Positions 19,650 to 28,384 of a stretch of 64,000 bases of DNA are shown in pieces; position 1 is the first letter of the stretch, and each line of letters opens with the position of its first letter. The notes below the pieces were generated by a model. It saw only the letters and a program-made list of their open reading frames with translations, searched no databases and had not been told where the DNA came from. Source of the DNA: Candidatus Hodarchaeota archaeon (GTDB lineage: Archaea; Asgardarchaeota; Heimdallarchaeia; Hodarchaeales; Hodarchaeaceae); contig JAEOTM010000032.1 in the NCBI GenBank assembly GCA_016839815.1, forward strand, positions 66,879 to 130,878. Direction: 5' to 3'. The position numbers were made by a program, and so were the translations under genes.

Positions 19650-21050
19650 TTAGCTCTCCGAATTAGCCTCTTCGGCCGTAACAGGAACAATAGTGGATTC
19701 CAAAGATGAAAATTCAGTTCGTTCTTTGTGTTTAGCTTTTAGAAATTTTACAACCTTCATGCTAGCTGCGGAACCCTCTACAATTGTATCAACAATATCT
19801 TTGGGGCCCATAGCAGTTCCAGCACCAAATACACCTTCCAAACTGGTCAAAACAGGATTAAGTTTAAGGTCGACAGCTTCAATAAATCCATCTTTATCAA
19901 CCTCAACTGGAAAATGACTCGTAGCACACGAGGCTTGGGTTAATCCCAGACTTAACACTACCATGTCATACTCTTCTTTTGATTTACCACCATTACTACC
20001 AATATTTTCGATAGAAAGAATCAAATTATTAGTTTCAGGATCCTCTTGAATATCTCCAACCTTACCTTTGATAAATTCAACACCCATAGCTTTGGCATTC
20101 TCAAAAAATTGCTCGTAACCCTTACCAAATGCGCGAATATCCATGTAATAACAAGTAACTTGTACAATCGGCAACGCACCAGTAATCAGGATCGCCTGTT
20201 TTATTGTATACATGCAACAAACTCGACTGCAGTAAGTACGATCTAATGAAGCATCACGGGAACCAGCACAATGAATGTATGCAATATGCATTGGAACTCG
20301 ACCATCTGATGGACGACGAATTCCACCGTAAGGCCCATTCGGGGCAAGAAGTCGCTCAGCAGTCATTGAAGAAATAACATTTTGAAATTCGCCACCACCC
20401 CACTCTTTCTTTTCACCCACAGGGGTTAGCTCAAATCCAGTAGCTAATACAACTGACTCAGCTTCTACCTGAACCTGTTCATCTTTTTGAAAATAATCAA
20501 CCGCGTCTGCTGGGCAAATTCGAGAACAACCAAGACAAGCAATACAATGTTGCATATCGATTAACGCTACTTGGGGAAGAGCAGTTTGGAATGGAATGTA
20601 AATTGCCTTCCGTGTTCCAATACCCATTTCAAATTCGGAGGGAACATCGACTGGACACTGAAATTCGCACTGACGACAACCTGTACACTTTTCAACATCT
20701 ATAAAGCGAGCTTTCTTTTTGATATCAACTACAAAATTACCTTTTTCATTTTTATGATACCCAGTCACTTCCGAATATGTCCAAGAATCGATCTTCTTGT
20801 GGTGGGAAGTGCTACTCATCTTGGGAGTGGTAATACAACTCGCGCAATCAAGAGTAGGAAACACTTTTGAAAGTTGGATCATTTTACCGCCGATACTGGG
20901 TTCTTTATCCACCACAAGCACATCATAATCTTGATCCGCAAGATCTAATGCCGTTTGTAAACCAGCAATTCCCCCACCTATAACTAAAGTAGAATAGATT
21001 GTCTCTTCTTCGTCTTTAATCATCACTAGTTCCTCCATGGGTTTACCCAT
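19650..21050 (-). CDS. hdrA: Short HdrA-like flavo-iron-sulfur protein (FAD domain plus inserted ferredoxin)
   Basis: GGGIAG, FPTLDCASC, two CxxCxxCxxxCP, CAGSR, YCSRVCCMY.IK and GPKDI motifs. Confidence 0.92.
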   Translation of the reverse strand: MGKPMEELVMIKDEEETIYSTLVIGGGIAGLQTALDLADQDYDVLVVDKEPSIGGKMIQLSKVFPTLDCASCITTPKMSSTSHHKKIDSWTYSEVTGYHKNEKGNFVVDIKKKARFIDVEKCTGCRQCEFQCPVDVPSEFEMGIGTRKAIYIPFQTALPQVALIDMQHCIACLGCSRICPADAVDYFQKDEQVQVEAESVVLATGFELTPVGEKKEWGGGEFQNVISSMTAERLLAPNGPYGGIRRPSDGRVPMHIAYIHCAGSRDASLDRTYCSRVCCMYTIKQAILITGALPIVQVTCYYMDIRAFGKGYEQFFENAKAMGVEFIKGKVGDIQEDPETNNLILSIENIGSNGGKSKEEYDMVVLSLGLTQASCATSHFPVEVDKDGFIEAVDLKLNPVLTSLEGVFGAGTAMGPKDIVDTIVEGSAASMKVVKFLKAKHKERTEFSSLESTIVPVTAEEANSES

Positions 21051-21501
21051 TCGCTTCTACTGCTACAGACGAAGGTGATTTATTCAAAATGTCTTTAGCA
21101 GGTTGAAGACTCCGTAAATACTCATCCATTTCCTTGATTTCCTTTACAACATGTTTTGCACAAACAGTACATATTGCAGTCAATTTTAAACGCTTAGATT
21201 CTAAACCGTACTCATGCTTCATTCGTTTCATCACTTTGTTAACTCGTAAGCTAAGACGCTTGAATGCACCAGAATAAGGACATTCCTCACCACAGGACAT
21301 GATGATTATACCATCAATTCCCTTACGAAAAGAATCAATATAGAATTCTTCAGGAAAAATGACCGGAGAGGGAACGCGCATTACATATGAATTTGGCGGA
21401 TACTCCAAATGTTGTTGTCCTGCATTATCCACCCCAGGATATGAACACATGATTGTAGTCAAAACAAGGATTTTTGGAGTATATTCAACTGTCGCAGACA
21501 T
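21043..21501 (-). CDS. mvhD: MvhD/FlpD-type [2Fe-2S] subunit
   Basis: CSYPGVD.AG...LEYP, GIDGIIIMSC...CPY and ICTVC motifs. ATG at 21501 preferred. Confidence 0.88.
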   Translation of the reverse strand: MSATVEYTPKILVLTTIMCSYPGVDNAGQQHLEYPPNSYVMRVPSPVIFPEEFYIDSFRKGIDGIIIMSCGEECPYSGAFKRLSLRVNKVMKRMKHEYGLESKRLKLTAICTVCAKHVVKEIKEMDEYLRSLQPAKDILNKSPSSVAVEANG

Positions 21502-21535
21502 GGAACGTTTTCCAACCAAAAAGAATTTATTAAAA

Positions 21536-21802
21536 TTATTTCTTCCTGATCACGTAAAAACGATCGTATCCATCATCTTCTACGAAACCAAGATACTGAT
21601 GTTTGGCAAAATTAGCCCATGCAGGGATATCTTCACGTGTACCGGGGTCGGAAGACCAAATTTCCAAAACTTCATCAATATCTACTTTACCGACTGCTTT
21701 CTTGGTTTCAAGTAGTGGGCCAGGACAAGCAGATCCACGTGCATCTACAATATGATCTGATTCTTCAGGGACTTCATTACCCAAATCTGTTTCTTCACTC
21801 AT
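21536..21802 (-). CDS. tusA: TusA family sulfur carrier
   Basis: DARGSACPGP and SDPG...DIPAW motifs. Confidence 0.93.
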   Translation of the reverse strand: MSEETDLGNEVPEESDHIVDARGSACPGPLLETKKAVGKVDIDEVLEIWSSDPGTREDIPAWANFAKHQYLGFVEDDGYDRFYVIRKK

Positions 21803-22063
21803 TTTTTTAACCACTTTTTTACTAATTAGTTTTATCTACAGATAACTTTTCAAGAGGATATTTAACGATTGGTTTAACAATTGTAAATTATGATATGAAA
21901 TGCTATAACATATATAAATATGAATAACAAAAATACTCATTTAATTTATATAGCATAGATCAAAATGTAGAAAACCATATAAACTTTTTACGAAAAAGAG
22001 ATTTTTGAAAAGCTTCGATCACAAAAATTCGCTTAAATCAAGTTTACAAGTGGAAGATCTAGA

Positions 22064-22600
22064 ATGTTTAGTCGTGATCAAATTAAACGGTTGTTTGAAC
22101 TCAGTAAAGACCAAATTGTAGACGAAACCGATTTCTACATCGTTTGTCTATTAGAACATCATGGAGAAAAAAAAGTACCAGAAATCGTTGAAGCTCTAGA
22201 GGAAGAGGGAATCCACCTAAAACCTGTTTCTGTCACCCGTCGCATTAAACGTTTAAAAGAAAAAGGTGTATTAGTAAAGATGGTTCCTTTAAGCCGTCTT
22301 TGGAAACTTGGATTCTCCCGAGATCTACTTCTTATGATTCAAACTGAACCTGGTAGAGATATTGACAAAATAATTGATCAAATAACTCCTATTGAAGGAG
22401 TGAAGCGGTTATATCAGATTTTTGGTGAATATGACTTGCTAGTAGAATTATGTTGTCTAGGAGATGAAGGACTGCAGGAAAGTCTCGCAGCTATTAATTG
22501 TGTACCTGGTTTGTCTCGAATATCGAAATCTCCTATTCAACATCGAATCAAAGAACATTACTACAATCTACAAGAAAATAAGGAAGAACTAACAGTCTAG
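22064..22600 (+). CDS. Lrp/AsnC family regulator
   Basis: HTH (VTRRIKRLKEKGVL) plus RAM domain (FGEYDLL). Confidence 0.9.
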   Translation: MFSRDQIKRLFELSKDQIVDETDFYIVCLLEHHGEKKVPEIVEALEEEGIHLKPVSVTRRIKRLKEKGVLVKMVPLSRLWKLGFSRDLLLMIQTEPGRDIDKIIDQITPIEGVKRLYQIFGEYDLLVELCCLGDEGLQESLAAINCVPGLSRISKSPIQHRIKEHYYNLQENKEELTV

Positions 22601-22683
22601 GGGTTGGTAAATTCTAATTACTTCATCGAAAAACAACTCCAGAAAAATCCCCCTAGTATCAAAAAAGGAAAGTTGAAAAAAAA

Positions 22684-23040
22684 ATGGTAAAATTCGTAAT
22701 TGTCTCCACTCATGGAAATGACAACTTTGAACGAGCAAGTATGGCTTGGGCAGTAGCAAACGCTGCACATGTGTTAGATGCAGAGGTTATGATGTTTTTA
22801 CAAGCTGAAGGCGTTAATGTAGTCCGAAAGGATTTCTGTAAAGGTTGGGTATTCCCTCCATTCACTCCTCTCGAGGATTTGATTAAAAATTTCATGGAAA
22901 TGGGTGGTCAGGTATATGCATGTGTTCCTTGTGTTGAAGCCAGGGAGATTAAACAGGAAGATTATATTGAAGGTGTAAAGCTCGCTGGTGCTACTAAACT
23001 TCTGGCTGAGTCAGTGGATGCCAAAGTCTTCACCTACTAA
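22684..23040 (+). CDS. DsrE family sulfurtransferase
   Basis: FLQAEGV and YACVPC...R motifs. Confidence 0.9.
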   Translation: MVKFVIVSTHGNDNFERASMAWAVANAAHVLDAEVMMFLQAEGVNVVRKDFCKGWVFPPFTPLEDLIKNFMEMGGQVYACVPCVEAREIKQEDYIEGVKLAGATKLLAESVDAKVFTY

Positions 23041-23050
23041 ACAACACTCA

Positions 23051-24169
23051 CTAGACTTCATCTAATAGCGTTTTTGTAAAATCCACGAAACTTCCATTGT
23101 CCTGGATGTGTTCCATTTCCTTACTCTGGAGAACTGGATCCCAGTTCTTCCATCCTCTATTTTGTGCTTCTCTGAGATTTCGTAATGCTTTGTCTACCTC
23201 ATACTGAGTAGCATAGGATCGAGCAGCCAATACATAAACCCATATAGGAACTTTACCTAGTTTAAAAGCTCGCTCAAAATCCTCTATTGCTTTTCCATAC
23301 TGACTCTGATAGAAATATCTCATTCCTTTCTCTGCATAGTGTTCTGCCTCATCAAACATGCATATATAGTGAACATAATCACGTTCTTTCGTAAAACCTA
23401 CTTTTTCTGCAACAGCTATTGAACCATAATTGAGATTATCACAATGCCAGCCTACTGTTTTAAACCCTATAGATAGACAATGATCAATAGTTGCTGCCGC
23501 GGTAAGTGCCCCTAAACCTTTCATTCGATAAGATGCTGTTGTGATTATTCCGATTTCACATTCATCCCCACTCTCACAATCAGCATTAATCCAGACAACC
23601 ACTTTATTTCTGTGAACTAAACACTTTCCAAAGCCCATTCTAACTTGATCTTCCAAATTTGATTCAATCCACTCTTGAATGTCATCAGGAAATTCAAAGG
23701 ATTCGGTAGCAAAAGTTGAATCAATTTGATGAAGATCATAGCCGTTAGGGATTTTGTTTTTCCATTCAAGTGAAATTTTGTTGCAGGAAAAGTGAATCCG
23801 ATGAGAGGGGAGAGGAGTTCTAATATCAAATATCTCTGGGAAAGTTTTTCTCCATTCATCGCTGTCTATATGAAAGAAAAGGTATGAAAGAAAGTTTGGA
23901 TTGACAGGAGAGTAAAACTGTTTTTTTAGAATCATATCTTGAATTAAGACCTTAAGTCCCTGATTAAACTCCTCATTATGTGAATTTCCAGCCAGAAACC
24001 AACCCTCGGTTGAAGCCATGAAGCCACTCGTAGGATTATCACTATCATTGACCCAAATTTTCCCCTGGGAAGGCCCTTCGATTACAGCTCTAACTACTAC
24101 TTGATAATCAAATCCCTTGAATAAAACTCTTGTATTAGGGTAAAACTGTCTTTTCAGTTCGTGGAATAT
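23051..24169 (-). CDS. GNAT acetyltransferase with C-terminal TPR; probable ATA start
   Basis: EIGI.T...YRMKGLG and N.GS..VAEKVGF motifs. The frame stays open 50 codons upstream of ATG 24019, reaching ATA 24169 behind SD AAAGGTG. Confidence 0.85.
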   Translation of the reverse strand: MFHELKRQFYPNTRVLFKGFDYQVVVRAVIEGPSQGKIWVNDSDNPTSGFMASTEGWFLAGNSHNEEFNQGLKVLIQDMILKKQFYSPVNPNFLSYLFFHIDSDEWRKTFPEIFDIRTPLPSHRIHFSCNKISLEWKNKIPNGYDLHQIDSTFATESFEFPDDIQEWIESNLEDQVRMGFGKCLVHRNKVVVWINADCESGDECEIGIITTASYRMKGLGALTAAATIDHCLSIGFKTVGWHCDNLNYGSIAVAEKVGFTKERDYVHYICMFDEAEHYAEKGMRYFYQSQYGKAIEDFERAFKLGKVPIWVYVLAARSYATQYEVDKALRNLREAQNRGWKNWDPVLQSKEMEHIQDNGSFVDFTKTLLDEV

Positions 24170-24412
24170 GGTACAACACCTTTAGAAGTTAATTTTCGTA
24201 TCTCTTCTAAAATGAATTTATAAAACTATGTCATACGGCAAGAACTCATTTACAGAAGACTTATAAGATTATTCAACTAGTTTCTAGCAACAGTTTGTAG
24301 TACAGACCGTTAAGATATTATTAAAAATGAAAAAAGGAGGAGATCATCTATCCTGATCAATGAGATTATTGCTTTGCTTCAGCTTGTATCTGAGAAATAA
24401 CACCGCTTGTAA

Positions 24413-24820
24413 TTAGCTATAACAATACGTGCCCAACAGTAGTAATGCTTGAACACCAGCCAATGAGAGATGTCCAATGATATCGTTCAATGGTAAAAAT
24501 TGTGCTACAAATAACACCCAAAATATTCCCAAAATTAACCCTATTTTTATGAATACACCTTGATTGAGAATTAAGTATCCCATTACTACTTCTAATACCA
24601 CAATTAAGAGTATGACTAACTTTTCATTGGGAATAATGAGTTTTTCTAAAAATTCTCTTTGGATCGGAAGACGTGTATTTTCTAAGCAAACGGCCCATAA
24701 ATATTCGGTATTATTGATTGTATGAAACAAATTAAAAACTGCTGAAATTAAGTAAAACAATCCTAATAGAACCCGACTCACAGTTAATATAGTTACGATT
24801 TCACCTTCAAACAAGGACAA
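24413..24820 (-). CDS. DoxX-like 4-TM membrane protein
   Basis: RVLLGLFY...A..N and VVLEV.MG.LIL motifs. Confidence 0.65.
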   Translation of the reverse strand: MSLFEGEIVTILTVSRVLLGLFYLISAVFNLFHTINNTEYLWAVCLENTRLPIQREFLEKLIIPNEKLVILLIVVLEVVMGYLILNQGVFIKIGLILGIFWVLFVAQFLPLNDIIGHLSLAGVQALLLLGTYCYS

Positions 24821-25121
24821 ACTATCAATCCTTCAATATACCGTTAATTAAAGGCTTTAATGATAGGATTTTAAGAATTTCTTCATGAGATCAGCTTGAA
24901 AATGTGAAAGATTGATTCTTATCAACCCTAATCATATTGGAATGCTATTCGGATAGATGTAGTCCATATTAGTTTATAAAGTTCGCGTGTACGCTGAATG
25001 GTACTGTTTACACCTGGTTTCACTTGAATTAATGCGATTTTAGTTTCAACATTGTATACATTTTACCAGAAACAATTTTGAGTTTAAAAGAAAAAAAAGA
25101 AGAATCAAAGATTCTTGATTA

Positions 25122-25685
25122 TTAATCGTGACTGATCGCTTTTTTCTGTATCAGAGAAATAACCCCACAAGCACCACAGCGGTTCTGACAAGAATGATCA
25201 TCGAAAAGTTGCTTTACAGAGTTTGGATGATTGAATAACCAGAAGGGTTTGTCAGCAAATCCTTCTGTTTCTTTAACGAAGAAGCTATTCCGTCTTTTTA
25301 CTCCTGGAAGATGACTAAGGGGAAAAGTATCGATAAATTTACTAATTTTCTCCCTCGAATCAGCTACTAAACAGATAACAAGATTATACTCAAAACCTGA
25401 AACAGAGAACATCGCGGTAACCAAAGGACAATCTTGGAAATATTCCAAGATTGCTTGTTCAGTATCGGGATTTGTTATTTCAATAAAGGATAGAGCATGA
25501 CTAAATTTGAGCTGTGTGATATTAATTCCAATACCTGGAGAAATCAGATTTTTTTCCTCAAGATCATCAAATCTCGCTTTAATAGTTCCTTTAGCATAGC
25601 TTAAGTCTTTTGCAGCTTGATTAAAAGAACAACGTGGATGCTTTTGAAAATAATCAATAATTTTCTTGTCTTTTTCGTCTATCAT
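25122..25685 (-). CDS. Lrp/AsnC family regulator with C-terminal Cys cluster
   Basis: IDEKDKKII HTH, SGFEYNL RAM domain, C-terminal CQNRCGAC. Confidence 0.9.
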   Translation of the reverse strand: MIDEKDKKIIDYFQKHPRCSFNQAAKDLSYAKGTIKARFDDLEEKNLISPGIGINITQLKFSHALSFIEITNPDTEQAILEYFQDCPLVTAMFSVSGFEYNLVICLVADSREKISKFIDTFPLSHLPGVKRRNSFFVKETEGFADKPFWLFNHPNSVKQLFDDHSCQNRCGACGVISLIQKKAISHD

Positions 25686-25725
25686 GCTCTAGAAACCTCT
25701 ATTTATAACGTTCCCATTTTTTCTC

Positions 25726-26898
25726 TCACATTCGACCTGATAGGAATCCATAGAAATATAGAAACCGTTGGTACTTCTTAAAATAATAGAATAACCGATT
25801 TGAGATATAACCCAAACCAAAGGGAGGACGATTGTAATTAAAATCGAAAAACATAGCGGAAGTTAGGGAAGTCATCACTAAACAGGTTGCGTGTCCATTA
25901 TATTTCTCTTTAACCTCAGAAATATCAATCTTTCCTTTGAGTACATCAACTAGGTTATGAGCTACCGCCATAGCCTGATAGTGGGCTGAAGAACCCGCTT
26001 TAGATACAGGTAGGTTTGCAGTATCACCAAGAGCGAAAATAAAGGGAAATTCCTCATTTTGAAGAGTTTTTGTATTCACATTCACCCAACCAGATTCATC
26101 TGCGATCGGACTACCCTGGAGGTAAAGCTGCCCCGTATGAGGGGGAACCATAAGAAGAAGATCATATTCAATTTCATCACCTTCAAGTGATTCAACTACC
26201 TTCTTATCAGCATGAATTGTTTCTGTATTGAAGAAAGTATGTAAATTAATGTTTTTCTTGGCAAATTTCTTCTCTATATGAACATTCGCCTTTTCAATTG
26301 AAAAAGCACCACCAATCGGGCTCAAGTAATGTAAATTCGTTTTATTACGTAATTTTTTTCGTCTTAGGAAATGTTCCATCATAAATATTCCTTCGAGAGG
26401 AGCAACAGGACATTTGAAGGGGAGATCGGCAATACCAACAACAACATTCCCGCCTGTACCCTTTTCTACAAAATCATCAAGGCTTTTGCGTAATTCATGA
26501 ATTCCTTCTTCGTTATAATAATGATTAGCGCCTTCTTTGAAGCCAGGAACACTATCATAGTCATAATGAGCTCCTGTAGCAATAACTAGATAGTCGAAGG
26601 AAAGATTGTTTCCACTAGCAAAGGAAACAGATTTGTTCTCAATATCTAAGCCAGTAACCTCTTCCTTAAGTATGTTAACTCGCTTATTAACGACTTTTCG
26701 AACTGGTTTATACATAGAATTCAGTGATTTCTTATCAAAGATCCTAAAAGGTAGATCCGCCTCATAAAAAACATTATCTTGTTTTGAGACTAATGTAACG
26801 TCAGCTTGTTTTTTAGCTTTACGTCCTAGAAGGTTTGCAACAATTACTCCTCCAGTACCTCCTCCTAGTATAACAACTTTGGCTTTTTCTTGACTCAT
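25726..26898 (-). CDS. sqr: Sulfide:quinone oxidoreductase-like flavoprotein (type III-like)
   Basis: GGGTGG, FKCPVAPLE, VPPH, ALGD...P.SKAGS and YNGHATC motifs. Confidence 0.85.
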   Translation of the reverse strand: MSQEKAKVVILGGGTGGVIVANLLGRKAKKQADVTLVSKQDNVFYEADLPFRIFDKKSLNSMYKPVRKVVNKRVNILKEEVTGLDIENKSVSFASGNNLSFDYLVIATGAHYDYDSVPGFKEGANHYYNEEGIHELRKSLDDFVEKGTGGNVVVGIADLPFKCPVAPLEGIFMMEHFLRRKKLRNKTNLHYLSPIGGAFSIEKANVHIEKKFAKKNINLHTFFNTETIHADKKVVESLEGDEIEYDLLLMVPPHTGQLYLQGSPIADESGWVNVNTKTLQNEEFPFIFALGDTANLPVSKAGSSAHYQAMAVAHNLVDVLKGKIDISEVKEKYNGHATCLVMTSLTSAMFFDFNYNRPPFGLGYISNRLFYYFKKYQRFLYFYGFLSGRM

Positions 26899-26929
26899 AT
26901 GATCACCAAAAAAATAGGAATAAGGAAAA

Positions 26930-27172
26930 CTATCGTGCTTTCCTTACTTGAAATCTTGTGTACCCGTTTTCTTCAACAACGGCTACCATCTCATGTTTAG
27001 CTTTCTCAACCCACTTAGGGATGTCTTTTATTGAGCCTGCGTCTTTAGACCAGACTTCGTATACTTTCCCAGTCTCTCCTTTTTTGATGGATTTAATCAA
27101 TTCCATTAAGGGACCTGGACAAAAAGCATTTCTTGCATCCATAACTTTGTCTGCTTGTACTTCATTACTCAT
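26930..27172 (-). CDS. tusA: TusA family sulfur carrier
   Basis: DARNAFCPGP and D.GS..DIPKW motifs. Confidence 0.93.
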   Translation of the reverse strand: MSNEVQADKVMDARNAFCPGPLMELIKSIKKGETGKVYEVWSKDAGSIKDIPKWVEKAKHEMVAVVEENGYTRFQVRKAR

Positions 27173-27200
27173 ATTAATACACCTTTTGTTAAAATTTAAT

Positions 27201-27611
27201 TTAAAGAAACATTACCCGATCAGCAAGCATTGCCTCTTCAGCAAGAGTATTGACTCCTGCGATTTTATCAACCATAGGAAGAAGATCTTCTTTTTCTAAT
27301 CCTAAGATTTCTGTGATTTGAACACAGGCTACAATTGTTACTTCTCCCAGATCTTTCAAATCTTCGAGCAGCTCTTTCCAATGCAGCAAATTTCCAGCCT
27401 TTCTTGCCTGATTGACTTTTTCTACCACTTCAGGGTAGATACTAGTGACATCTGGTTCAGGAGGAGCATCCTTTTTCAAGGCATAAACCGCATCGTGCAT
27501 GAAGAAAATAAGTACTTCATGGTCACTGGTTACCGCTCCAGATGCTATAATTGCTAAGGTCTGCAGTTTATCAGTAGCCGCAGAATCACAAACCATAAGA
27601 AATTTTCCCAT
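27201..27611 (-). CDS. DsrE/DsrF-like (DrsE_2) family protein
   Basis: IFFMHDAV and IVAC motifs. Confidence 0.85.
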   Translation of the reverse strand: MGKFLMVCDSAATDKLQTLAIIASGAVTSDHEVLIFFMHDAVYALKKDAPPEPDVTSIYPEVVEKVNQARKAGNLLHWKELLEDLKDLGEVTIVACVQITEILGLEKEDLLPMVDKIAGVNTLAEEAMLADRVMFL

Positions 27612-27645
27612 CTAACTCACCTAGAAAAAATAAGAAAAGAGAAAA

Positions 27646-28134
27646 TTACATGAAAAGGGTGATATCAGCATCTTTCGCAAATTCAAGGAATGTTGCTGCA
27701 CCACCAGTCTCGACACCATCAATAATATCGGATTTTTTAATGCCCATGACATCCTGGGTCATCTGACAGGCGATCATACGAACTCCACCTTCAATACAGG
27801 CTTCACGGAGTTCCTCAAATTTTGCGACATTAGCCTTTTTCATCCAGCTTTTCATCATCATCGTCGCAATCCGGGTCATTCCAGGCAACATTCCCATCCA
27901 ATTTGGAACGGGTATTAGTCCGAATGCTTTCGGTGCTGCAGGATTAGCTATGGGGCTAACTTTGAGGTCCTTACTACGTTTTTTGTGAATTAGATCGAAA
28001 CCATAGAATGTAAAGAAAATCGCGACTTCCATATCCATGGCCACACCTGTTGAAGCTAGGAGAACAGGGGGATAAGCTGCATCAAGAGTTCCTTGGGATG
28101 CAATAATTGCCATACGTTTAGGTTTTTCACTCAT
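27646..28134 (-). CDS. DsrE2/YrkE-like sulfur carrier
   Basis: GTLD.AYPP, IFFTFYG, IACQMT and GGAATFL motifs. Confidence 0.92.
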   Translation of the reverse strand: MSEKPKRMAIIASQGTLDAAYPPVLLASTGVAMDMEVAIFFTFYGFDLIHKKRSKDLKVSPIANPAAPKAFGLIPVPNWMGMLPGMTRIATMMMKSWMKKANVAKFEELREACIEGGVRMIACQMTQDVMGIKKSDIIDGVETGGAATFLEFAKDADITLFM

Positions 28135-28147
28135 AATGTCGCATCCT

Positions 28148-28384
28148 TTACTTCATTCGTTTGACTAAATATCGATAATCTTTTGGACCTAACTCTTCAG
28201 AAGAAAGAAGATCTTGTCCAGTGGTACGTGTCCAAGCAGGAATATCAGCCATACTTCCAGGGTCAGTTGATAGTATTTCTAAAATTTGACCGATTTCCAT
28301 TTCTTTCAAAGCTTTCTTTGATTTTAGAACTGGCATTGGGCAACTCAAGCCGCGCGCATCTAAGGTTTTATGTACTTGACTCAT
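28148..28384 (-). CDS. tusA: TusA family sulfur carrier
   Basis: LDARGLSCPMP and TDPGS..DIPAW motifs. ATG 28384 with SD-like AAGGA is preferred over TTG 28510. Confidence 0.93.
   Translation of the reverse strand: MSQVHKTLDARGLSCPMPVLKSKKALKEMEIGQILEILSTDPGSMADIPAWTRTTGQDLLSSEELGPKDYRYLVKRMK

Noticed and set aside
17599-21519. Selenocysteine in HdrA/MvhD
   Set aside because: All three ORFs are uninterrupted and the usual Sec positions are Cys.
15572-28384. Methanogenesis, canonical sHdr or sulfate reduction
   Set aside because: No hdrB, mvhAG, lbpA, aprAB, sat or dsrAB in the window.
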